NCBI GenBank assembly: GCA_044223735.1
Contig: JBGALR010000026.1
Coordinates: forward strand, 21,841 to 85,840
Direction of reading: 5' to 3'
DNA from: Limisphaerales bacterium
Lineage (GTDB): Bacteria; Verrucomicrobiota; Verrucomicrobiia; Limisphaerales; UBA8199
Length of the DNA: 64,000 bases
The notes under the pieces are model-generated. The model made no database searches and had not been told where the DNA came from. It saw only the letters and a list, made by a program, of their open reading frames with translations. This document shows positions 1 through 9,852 of the stretch, piece by piece. Each line of letters opens with the position of its first letter. Position 1 is the first letter of the stretch. A program made the translations under genes and the position numbers.

Positions 1-7
1 CCGTTGC

Positions 8-11
<4 letters not shown>
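1..11 (-). CDS. First codons of a gene running off the left edge. Its position after hsdM suggests a type I R-M specificity subunit, but only 3 codons are visible.
   Basis: The reverse complement of nt 1-11 reads ATGAGCAACGG. The ATG (9-11) overlaps the TGA stop (8-10) of the upstream methyltransferase gene as ATGA. Confidence 0.3.
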
Positions 12-1684
<1,673 letters not shown>

Positions 1685-1884
1685 AAGCGAAGAATAGCGA
1701 CACTCGCAGTGAATGGAAAGGGCGCGTTTTTTGCGGCACAAATTGGATGCGACCTTTTGGACGGGGTCGGCTTGTTTTACGTGTTCCCCATGAAGTCCCC
1801 CGGCAGGTCAACCCCCGGCTGTCGGAGAGACCCGGGCTAAGTTGGAATAATTGCCCCATCGCAACCGGTGAGCTATGGTTTAGG

Positions 1885-2046
1885 ATGTTAAACCCAAAAG
1901 ACGTCGATGGACGCATCAAGGCAATCCGCAAGTTGATACAGAAATCGGACAAGCTTAAGGCGAAGCTGGAAAAGCGCATCCTCGCCCTGGAAAAAATGCG
2001 GACGAAAGCCGCCCCGAGCAAGCCCCGCAAAAAGAAATCCAAGTAG
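1885..2046 (+). CDS. Small lysine-rich coiled-coil-like hypothetical protein (53 aa)
   Basis: Internal ATG of ORF 1747-2046 giving MLNPKDVDGRIKAIRKLIQKSDKLKAKLEKRILALEKMRTKAAPSKPRKKKSK. No family was recognised and no clear RBS is present. Confidence 0.25.
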   Translation: MLNPKDVDGRIKAIRKLIQKSDKLKAKLEKRILALEKMRTKAAPSKPRKKKSK

Positions 2047-2358
2047 GGAGCGGTCGCCCCGTCAACATTCCCAGATAGGTTGGCCGGGGGCGTTGGTCCC
2101 AGGGTTTGAAAGTTGGCGGAGTCCGCCGGCACCGGTAAGGGTTAAGTGGACCGCTTGAATTCTATAAGGGATCACAGAGCTGCCCCGCCGTAGTCCTCCG
2201 GCGGGACCGCCATGGCGGGGATAATTCAATTCGTCCGGGATTTCCGAGGAACGAAACTACTCAGCGCGATCCTGCCAAACGTTTGTGGTCTGTTGGTTCA
2301 CCGGGCCGGCATCATCGCCCGTCCTCCCGGAGACAGCGCCCTGCCCGATCAATTGCCG

Positions 2359-2817
2359 CGGGACCATTGGACAGCATTTGTCCAACCCCCTCGTTTAGAA
2401 TGGCGGGGTTATTGAAATACTGAATGATGATTTTAGAATGCAAAATGACGAAAGGTTTGGGCGTGCTCCGCGAGCTCGCCGAGAGATCGCTTTTTCCTTC
2501 CGTACCGCAGGCGAGCCCCGGGGTCCATCGGAGGGGAAACCCGGGATTTGAAGGACGGCCTTGTCTGAGCGTTTGCACGGGGTTAATGGGCGTGAAGGGC
2601 TGCGTTGAATCGCCTTGGGGTCGTGTTGCGGAGGGGATGGGAATGCGCTGGCTACGGCGTGCAGGCGCCCTGGTTCGGATGAGTCGTGGAGGGATACGGC
2701 ATGTTGCGCCCTGTGGCTCGCCGTGGAGCAGCGCAGTTTTTTTGGGCCGCCAGACGGCAATTGACACCCATGTAGATTTTACCAAACGAACCCAAAATGG
2801 GCCAAATCAAACCCAAC
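2359..2817 (+). repeat. Copy A (shorter, more diverged) of a three-copy conserved non-coding element
   Basis: Shares ordered blocks with 39472-40076 and the reverse complement of 60379-60936. The blocks are GGACCATTGGACAGCATTTGTCCAACCCCC (2361-2390), TTGGGCG plus hairpin (2457-2480), GAGAGATCGC (2481-2490), GAAGGACGGCC (2550-2560), GCGCCCTGGTTCGGATGAGTCGTGGAGGGATACGGC (2665-2700) and ATTTTACCAAACGAACCCAA (2776-2795). It lacks the boxA-like block and the distal 3' module. Confidence 0.85.
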
Positions 2818-2906
2818 AGCAGGGTGCAGTGCCGTGGCTTGCGGGCAAAACCGCACGTTCGGCGGTACGAAGCTTCTCCGAAGGCGAGGTCCCCCGGCTT
2901 GAAGCC

Positions 2907-2937
2907 TTGACGGAGGACCACTTTTGACGGTTAATAT
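2907..2937 (+). promoter_or_regulatory. Candidate sigma70-type promoter for the S1/P1 nuclease gene
   Basis: TTGACG (2907-2912) is followed after 18-19 nt by TTAATAT (2931-2937), about 45 nt upstream of ATG 2982. This is a pattern match only. Confidence 0.25.
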
Positions 2938-2981
2938 TGAAGATAAGCAGCGCGTAGTACTGAGTGAATATTGCCGGACCG

Positions 2982-4103
2982 ATGAAATTCTCGAAGCACC
3001 CCCTCCCCGTCGTTTTATTTTCACTTGTTGTGGGCGGATTACTCCTGACAGGCGTTTGCCAAAATGCGCGGGCGTGGAACGCGGAGGGCCACATGGTGGT
3101 GGCGCAGATCGCGTACAATCATCTGAAGCCCGAGGTGAAATTGAAGTGCAACGCGTTGATCGCGCTGCCGGTTTATAATTCGACCACGGCGAACAGCAAT
3201 TTCGTCACGGCGGCGTGTTGGGCGGATGACATCAAATCTTTCACCTCGGTCTACAACAACTGGCATTACATCGACATCCCGTTCAGTTTGGACGGGACGC
3301 CGACAAACACTTTCGTTCCGCCGTCGTTCGACGTGGTGCAGGCAATCAATCAATGTGTCGCGGCGCTGCAAAATCCCTCCACGTCGATCAGCAATCAGGC
3401 GATGAATCTGCGGCTGCTGATCCATTTCGTCGGGGACATTCAGCAGCCGCTGCATTGCACCACCTCCATGTCCGCAGCGCATCCTTCGGGCGACGGCGGT
3501 GGGAACGGCTTCTCGCTTAACTACTCGCCAAATAACCTGCACTCGCTTTGGGATCAGGGCGCGGGATATCTGACGGACTCCGTCGGGCGGCCGTTGAGCG
3601 CGGGCGGTCAGAATAATTTGAACAACAAGGTGGCGAACGTCGAGACGGCCCACCCTTACGCCCCGGTTTTCACGTCCATCCCCAACCCGATGAACTGGGC
3701 GGTGGAAGGCTTGCAGTTATCGCAAACGAACGTGTACGTCGGCATCACCGAGAGCAACGCTCCCAGCGGCGCCTACTTGACCGCCGGGCAAAATGTCAGC
3801 CGGCAAAGAATGGCGGCGGGCGGACAACGGCTGGCCGATTTGTTGAACGTGCTTTTTGGGGCGAAAGCGCCAGGGAATATCACGGGGACGCGACTCACGA
3901 ACGGCACGTTCCAACTTGGCTTTACGAATGTTGCCGGCGCGAGTTTTTCGGTGTGGACCAGCACCAATGTAATGCTGCCGTTGAGCAACTGGACGTCGCT
4001 CGGTTCCGCCGCGGAGTCGCCCGCCGCCTCCGGCAATTACCAATTCATCGATTCGCAATCCACAAACAACGTCAACCGATTCTATCGCGTGCGTTTGCCG
4101 TGA
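2982..4103 (+). CDS. Secreted S1/P1-family nuclease with an extra C-terminal module ending FYRV
   Basis: A signal peptide (MKFSKHPLPVVLFSLVVGGLLLTGV) is followed by the family-typical mature start WNAEGHMVVAQIAY. Later metal-ligand-like motifs are WHYID, HFVGDIQQPLH and NLHSLWD. The C-terminal ~75 aa end in NRFYRVRLP. Confidence 0.8.
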   Translation: MKFSKHPLPVVLFSLVVGGLLLTGVCQNARAWNAEGHMVVAQIAYNHLKPEVKLKCNALIALPVYNSTTANSNFVTAACWADDIKSFTSVYNNWHYIDIPFSLDGTPTNTFVPPSFDVVQAINQCVAALQNPSTSISNQAMNLRLLIHFVGDIQQPLHCTTSMSAAHPSGDGGGNGFSLNYSPNNLHSLWDQGAGYLTDSVGRPLSAGGQNNLNNKVANVETAHPYAPVFTSIPNPMNWAVEGLQLSQTNVYVGITESNAPSGAYLTAGQNVSRQRMAAGGQRLADLLNVLFGAKAPGNITGTRLTNGTFQLGFTNVAGASFSVWTSTNVMLPLSNWTSLGSAAESPAASGNYQFIDSQSTNNVNRFYRVRLP

Positions 4104-4116
4104 CCGGTGGCGCCGC

Positions 4117-6726
4117 CTAGTTTCCTTTCGATTCCGCCAGTCCGAAGTCAATATATTGTCCGCCGTTGGTTTGGCGACAGTGGATGGCGATCAGATTTTT
4201 GCCCCGCTTGAACGCAGAGCTGCCACGCCCGTTAAAATCAACCGCTTCGTATCCCGTGGAAAATCCACGCGCCCGCAACGCCAGCACGCCGTTCACAAAC
4301 ACCTCGGCGTCTTCATCGTGATGCAGCCACGCGATCAGGTTGGAGAGATCGCGCTGTGGCAATTCGATTTCGCGACGCAGCCAGATATCGGGGCCATTCC
4401 AAATGGTCCCCACGCTGGCACCGGGCGTATCGGAAGTTCCGAAACCACTCTTCCCCTCCTGCCAGGAAGATGCGTCAAAATTAGCCTGAGCCCAATTAGC
4501 GCCTGGGCGGTTGGTGGTGTAAAGCCATGTGGCGGCCTGCGCGTCGGCGGCCGGCACCACCGTTCTCAACTGCGGCATATCTGGCATCGGCGCCCATTTC
4601 GACGCCTTCGTTTTATCGCGGCTTGCCCATTTTTTCCAAACTGGCTTGTCGTATAACATTTGCGCGAACACACCGCCCACCACGGGCCGCGCGGTGAAGC
4701 CAACCTTGGCTGCGGTCTTCGTGTCATACCAATCGGTCATCGGTGAGCGATTCGGCGTTTCGTTCAGGAACGTGTAGATCGGATCAATCAACGCCTCGAA
4801 GTCGGCGCGGTCTTGCGTAAGCGTCGCTGTCCAGGTGATCCAATCGAGCTTGGTGTAATCCTTGCGATTATCGAGCGGGAGGCCAAAACGATTTTGGACG
4901 GTTTTGTAATAATCCATTTCCTTGCGGGCCACCGACGCCGGAAAAAGATTCAGGCCGAGGATGCGGTCCCAGATCAGATTGTATTTCTGGCTCCATGTGC
5001 CCGGCTTGTCGAATGCGAGACGATAATGATTTCCGTCATCCGCCTCCTTCATCCAGCGTTCCGCGAACCCGCGAGCAAGCTTGAAATATCGCGCCGCCTT
5101 TTCCTTTTCGCCGCGCATCTCACACAGCTTGGCAAACGCGCCCAGCCCGCAGATCGCCTTCGCGCTCAAGTTAACGTTGTGCGCGAGGTGACCCGCGAAG
5201 TCATCGGTGCAGAGTTGATTCTCCGGGTCGAAACCCTTGTCCTCGAGGTAGGCCGCCCAGCGTTGCAATTGCGGCCAATACAAATTCGCGAAGTCCGGTT
5301 TGCCCTCCATTTCCGCGATGGCGGCCATGAGAATCAGCAGATTGCCCGATTCCTCCACCGGCATTTGATTCGATTCGTTGTGTTCGCCGCCGCCATAGAC
5401 TTGTCCGTTGGCTTTTGGATATGTGCCCAGATCGTGCGGCGCGAACGGGAACTTCCAGCGATCGCTCGCTGCGTAATTCATGAACGGCACAAGAAATGAC
5501 TTGGCCAGCGTGGGGCCGAGGAGCAGGAATTGCGGCGCCATCGGATAAAACACGTCCGAGGTGCCGATGCAGCCATTCGAATGGTTCTCTTTGCAGAACT
5601 GCAGCGGCTGGCCGTTCGCATCGGCCACGAATTTACCGGCGGCAAAGCACTGGCGATACGCTAGCGCGCCGATCTGTGCGTATTTGTCGCCACCCGCCTT
5701 CGCGAGGTCCGCCATCAATTCCGCGTCGAACGCTTCGCAACGCTTGTTCAGCGACTTGTATTCGGCGGCTGATTTTTTCAAAAGCGCCGCGGCATCGTCT
5801 CCGTTCCGACGCCAGTAGGGGCGCAGGTTTTTCTTCATGTATTGAATCGAAAACTCGTCGTCATACGCGAGCATGAGCCAGCGGGAGACCGGTTTGTCTT
5901 TTACCATGCCCAGATCGATATGGACCGAGAGCGTTTGCGCGAGTTGATCTTCGAGCACGAAACTGGCCGGCGCGGCATTTGACGCCACCGTTCCATTGTT
6001 TGCCCAGGCCCAACCGGTTTCACCCCGACTCTCCTGCAGCGAAACCGACTGGGTCACTTGACCTTTTACGGCGTCATGATAGGAACCCGGCACCGCCACG
6101 TAGAAATATCCCCAGTCGATCCGAAGGTCATCACCCTTCTTTTGCAGCACGGGCTGGTCAACCGTTCCCACCCCCAGGACGGCGAGACCTTTGACGGCAG
6201 GCAACACCGTGCGCACTTCTTCCTTGCGATCATTCATCGCGACTTCCGGTGACGCCTCGAAATAAACCGCCACCTTGTGTTCCTTCGTGTCGGTCGCGAC
6301 GGCAGTCCACGTCAGATAGGTCACGGGCCGCGATAGGACGTCGATGTCGTACGGCAGCGCGGGCGTCAGGAAAGTCAGCGTCAGGCGGACGCCTTCGCCT
6401 TCAAACGTATAGATCGTCCGCGTCGGGAGGACTTCCACGTTCGTCTGCGGGAATGCGGGCACGCCGGCCGGTTCCTTGCCCATCAGTCGGAATCCCCTGC
6501 CGTCCACGCGCAGGAGGCTGCCCAACCGATTGGGCTTGCCGGTCCAATGCACGGTGTCCGCGTCGGTTAATTTGTCCGCGGGTGACCAGATGCTGAAATA
6601 AGGATCGCACGCCACGAGCGGCACGGCAGGCGGACGCAACGTGTCGGCGCGGAGGGAGACGAAACTTAAGAGCAGTGCGCCGCACGCCAGGGCGACCTTC
6701 GATGGAAGCATTTTTTTAGTCATCAT
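4117..6726 (-). CDS. Secreted glutaminase-A-like glycoside-hydrolase-fold protein (DUF4964/DUF5127/DUF4965/DUF1793 type) with a C-terminal jelly-roll-like domain
   Basis: 869-aa ORF with a signal peptide. The N-terminus LRPPAVPLVACDPYFSIWSPADKL and the overall length and architecture match my recollection of this family. The C-terminal ~150 aa resemble a sugar-binding jelly roll. The call rests on recall only. Confidence 0.7.
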   Translation of the reverse strand: MMTKKMLPSKVALACGALLLSFVSLRADTLRPPAVPLVACDPYFSIWSPADKLTDADTVHWTGKPNRLGSLLRVDGRGFRLMGKEPAGVPAFPQTNVEVLPTRTIYTFEGEGVRLTLTFLTPALPYDIDVLSRPVTYLTWTAVATDTKEHKVAVYFEASPEVAMNDRKEEVRTVLPAVKGLAVLGVGTVDQPVLQKKGDDLRIDWGYFYVAVPGSYHDAVKGQVTQSVSLQESRGETGWAWANNGTVASNAAPASFVLEDQLAQTLSVHIDLGMVKDKPVSRWLMLAYDDEFSIQYMKKNLRPYWRRNGDDAAALLKKSAAEYKSLNKRCEAFDAELMADLAKAGGDKYAQIGALAYRQCFAAGKFVADANGQPLQFCKENHSNGCIGTSDVFYPMAPQFLLLGPTLAKSFLVPFMNYAASDRWKFPFAPHDLGTYPKANGQVYGGGEHNESNQMPVEESGNLLILMAAIAEMEGKPDFANLYWPQLQRWAAYLEDKGFDPENQLCTDDFAGHLAHNVNLSAKAICGLGAFAKLCEMRGEKEKAARYFKLARGFAERWMKEADDGNHYRLAFDKPGTWSQKYNLIWDRILGLNLFPASVARKEMDYYKTVQNRFGLPLDNRKDYTKLDWITWTATLTQDRADFEALIDPIYTFLNETPNRSPMTDWYDTKTAAKVGFTARPVVGGVFAQMLYDKPVWKKWASRDKTKASKWAPMPDMPQLRTVVPAADAQAATWLYTTNRPGANWAQANFDASSWQEGKSGFGTSDTPGASVGTIWNGPDIWLRREIELPQRDLSNLIAWLHHDEDAEVFVNGVLALRARGFSTGYEAVDFNGRGSSAFKRGKNLIAIHCRQTNGGQYIDFGLAESKGN

Positions 6727-6783
6727 TGAATTGCGTTCGAATCAGCCGATGGGGATTCCTTTACGCCCGCGGTCGTTCGAACC

Positions 6784-7460
6784 TTAGACAGCCGAAAATA
6801 TTCTGTTTTGTCGAGCGAGAATGGCCACCCACCATAAACAACACCAGCATCCAATTGCAAATTGCCCAGCCGGCTGCCGGAGCGTCGTGGAAAATAGGGG
6901 GGGGGGCCAGCGAACCGTCGCCGGTAGCAGCGGTGCTCGATTACTTGGTTGATCCAGCACTTCACGAACCTTGTACGTCATCGCGGCCGGGGTGAAGGGT
7001 TTTTGCAGGAGCGTTAGGCCTTCCTGAAGAGCGATTTGATGGATGATCGCGTTGTCCGGGCAGGCGGAGGTAAGGAGTATTTTGGCGAGCGGATGCAAGC
7101 CACGAACCCGTTCGGCAAGTTCTTTGCCGCTTATGTGCGGCATGACGGCGTCGCTAAACATCAAATCAATGTGCCCGGCTTCGCGCATGGAATTTAATTC
7201 CAGGCAGCCGCGCCGCCAGCCGCGGTGAGGACCGCGTAACCCAGCCGCCGCAACAAATTCGCCGCCATTTCGCGCAAGGCCGGCTCGTCTTCGACCAATG
7301 AGATGGTCTCCGTGCCGCCCGGCCAATCCGCCGGGTCGGGTGGCAAAATCGAAATGCGGATCGCATGCTCAACCTGCGGCAAATATATTTTGAAGGTGGT
7401 GCCGCGGCCCGGTTCGCTGTCCACGGTGATATGCCCGACAGCGTAATACTTTGCCTCCAC
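6784..7460 (-). pseudogene. Remnant of a hybrid sensor histidine kinase (HATPase_c tail plus frameshifted receiver domain)
   Basis: ORF 7194-7460 encodes only the end of an ATPase domain ([21 protein letters not shown]) and the start of a REC domain ([26 protein letters not shown]). The REC domain continues in another frame in ORF 6784-7326 (IDLMFSDAVMPHISGKELAERVRGLHPLAKILLTS...LQKPFTPAAM). No HisKA or sensor part lies upstream. Confidence 0.6.
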
Positions 7461-7711
7461 CTAGCGATTGCGCGACGCACGCGACCTCCGCGTCGATGCC
7501 CCGCAAAGAAGCATGATCAATGGCGACTTTCCCAGCTTTGAATTCCACGTTTTTTTACAATGCCTTCACTTCGACAGCTCGGGCCAACGTAGCGAGAGGA
7601 GAGTTTTGTTACAACTTTGGATGGCTTTATCCTATGCGGCCCGCGCCACGGCGTGCCAGATTGATAGCGTCGATCAAATTCCATTATGAACAACGCGGGC
7701 GGCGTTTACCC

Positions 7712-9715
7712 ATGCATCACATACCCCCTGGCATCACTGCCAATCCTGTCGGCCGGATAAAAATCGGTTTCACCGCCCTGCTGGCGCTGCTCTGCGCCGG
7801 TCATTCCCTGCTGGCTGCGCCGGCGCTGCCCGTAATCCCGGCGGGCTCGTTTTACGTCACCAACTACGGCGCGATCGCGGACGGAGTGTTCACCAACTCT
7901 GCCGCGTTTCAGGCCGCGCTCGACGCCGCCAGCGCGGCTGGTGGCGGCACGGTCGAAGTGACCCCGCCCGGCGTCTATCTGTGCGGCCCGTTGAGCATGC
8001 ACAGCAACACGCGCTTTCGCATCAACGCGGGCGCGACAGTGAAGCTGCTGCCTTACCTGCAATATCCCGGCAATCCGCTGATCAGTCAGAGCACCCCCTT
8101 CATCGAACTCGACCGGCACGGCAGCAATTTCGAAATCTGCGGACCGGGCCTGCTTGATGGACAGGGCAAGCCGTGGTGGGATGCCTCATTGACCGCTTCG
8201 CAACGCCCGTATGAAATTCACATGCGCGACGTCAGCACGTTCTTTCTCCATGATTGGAACTCCACCAATCCGCCGATGAAGCACATCGTGATGGATGGCA
8301 ACAACGACAACATCACCATCAAGAACGCCACCAACCGCGCGCCGTATCTCAGCCCTTCACAAAACACCGACTGCATCAATCTGCTCGGCCGCAATTGCCT
8401 CGTGCAGGACTGCGTGTTAAGCGGCTGCGATGACAACATCGCCATGGGCCGCAGCACTGGCCAATGCATCGATATTCTCATCACCAATATCACCTGCGGC
8501 ACCGGTCACGGTATCTCCTTTGGCAGTCTGCTGCCGGTCGGGGGCATATCCAACGTGACCGTCATCGATTGCACCTTCAGCGGCACGGATAACGGCATCC
8601 GGTTCAAGTCGGACACCAATCTCGCCAACGGCTGCGTGCTGCGCGACGTTCGTTTCTTCAACATAGGCATGACGAACGTCCGCCGGCCGATCATCATTTA
8701 CAGTTACTACAATGAATATGGCTCGCCGGACAGCATCACCCCCACCATCGCCTCCGGCATGGTGGTCTCGCCTCCGGGCACGGATGTTCCCTATTGGCGT
8801 GATATCCTGATCAGCAACGTCTGGGGCACTGCCAGCTCGAACAACAAGCAAGTCGGCATCATCTGGGGTCGCACGGAGGCGTTGGTGTCCAATGTCACCC
8901 TGCAAAACATCAACTTCACGGCTCCCGCAACCTTCAATGTCTATAACACGCGTGGCGTCAAATTCCTCGACTGCAAATTCACACCGTCCACGGGCACATT
9001 TCCGACCTACACGGTTTACAACGCGGATGTCATCGTCACGAACACCACCCCACCCGGCCTGCGTCCGATCACCTTCGACGGTCTGACGGTTACCACCAAC
9101 CAGACGAGCAACTCTTTCGCGCTCTTTAATGCGCAGGCGGGTTTGAGCAAAACCAATCTGCTGAGCATCGCGCCTCAACTGGCCGTCGGCGGCACGGTAT
9201 TGTTGATCACCAATCATCTCAATCTCACCCCGCCGAGTGCCCTCACCTTTTATCTCGGCACGAACAACACGCTCATCGGCGTGCGGAGCAATCTCGCGCT
9301 GGCCGGCAGGTTCAAGATCGTGGACGGCGGCGGCTTCACGAACGGCACCTACATTCTGATGACCAACGGCGGCGCATTTACATGGAATACTCCGGTGCTC
9401 GACAGCGTTCCCTCCGGATCGACCTGCGCCTTCGACACCAACACACCCGGTCAGTTGAAACTGGTCGTCGGGTTCACCCCGCCGCTGACGCCGCCCACCA
9501 TTCTCGGCGAGCAATGGTCCAGCGAAACCGGATTTCAACTCAGCGTCAGCGGTCCCGCTGGTCAGACTTACCAGGTATTAACCAGCACCAACGCCGCCTT
9601 GGCGTTGTCGAACTGGACAATTCTCACGACCGGCTCCTTTCCCATTGCCGGTCCTGTGGTGGACAGCACGGCGACGAACGAACCTGGAAAGTTTTACCGG
9701 GTTATCTCACCCTGA
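7712..9715 (+). CDS. Secreted glycoside hydrolase family 28 (polygalacturonase-like) with a beta-strand-repeat region and a C-terminal FYRV module
   Basis: The start was set at MHHIPPGI (ATG 7712), ahead of a signal-like segment. GH28 motifs occur in order: NTDCINL, GCDDNIAMG, CGTGHGISFGS and IRFKS. The C-terminus ends GKFYRVISP. Confidence 0.85.
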   Translation: MHHIPPGITANPVGRIKIGFTALLALLCAGHSLLAAPALPVIPAGSFYVTNYGAIADGVFTNSAAFQAALDAASAAGGGTVEVTPPGVYLCGPLSMHSNTRFRINAGATVKLLPYLQYPGNPLISQSTPFIELDRHGSNFEICGPGLLDGQGKPWWDASLTASQRPYEIHMRDVSTFFLHDWNSTNPPMKHIVMDGNNDNITIKNATNRAPYLSPSQNTDCINLLGRNCLVQDCVLSGCDDNIAMGRSTGQCIDILITNITCGTGHGISFGSLLPVGGISNVTVIDCTFSGTDNGIRFKSDTNLANGCVLRDVRFFNIGMTNVRRPIIIYSYYNEYGSPDSITPTIASGMVVSPPGTDVPYWRDILISNVWGTASSNNKQVGIIWGRTEALVSNVTLQNINFTAPATFNVYNTRGVKFLDCKFTPSTGTFPTYTVYNADVIVTNTTPPGLRPITFDGLTVTTNQTSNSFALFNAQAGLSKTNLLSIAPQLAVGGTVLLITNHLNLTPPSALTFYLGTNNTLIGVRSNLALAGRFKIVDGGGFTNGTYILMTNGGAFTWNTPVLDSVPSGSTCAFDTNTPGQLKLVVGFTPPLTPPTILGEQWSSETGFQLSVSGPAGQTYQVLTSTNAALALSNWTILTTGSFPIAGPVVDSTATNEPGKFYRVISP

Positions 9716-9852
9716 GCCTTCAGCGTGGCGAATTTCCCGGTCACCGGCCGATTCCCACCGGTTGACCGGAAAGAGTTTCGTCTGACTTTTTGACGTTTTC
9801 CTCCTAGGCAAATCCAAAACCTTCACCGCACACTTTACGGGCACAAATATTT

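Noticed and set aside
2424-2927. ORFs spanning the repeat copies (2424-2927 +, 39670-39999 +, 60289-60648 - and 60455-60757 -) as a possible small-protein family
   Set aside because: The conserved nucleotide blocks are read in different relative frames in the three copies (PWFGRVAE or ALVR.SRG for block 5, KFYQTNPT or FTKRTQ for block 6). No protein sequence longer than about 25 aa is shared, so conservation is at the nucleotide level.
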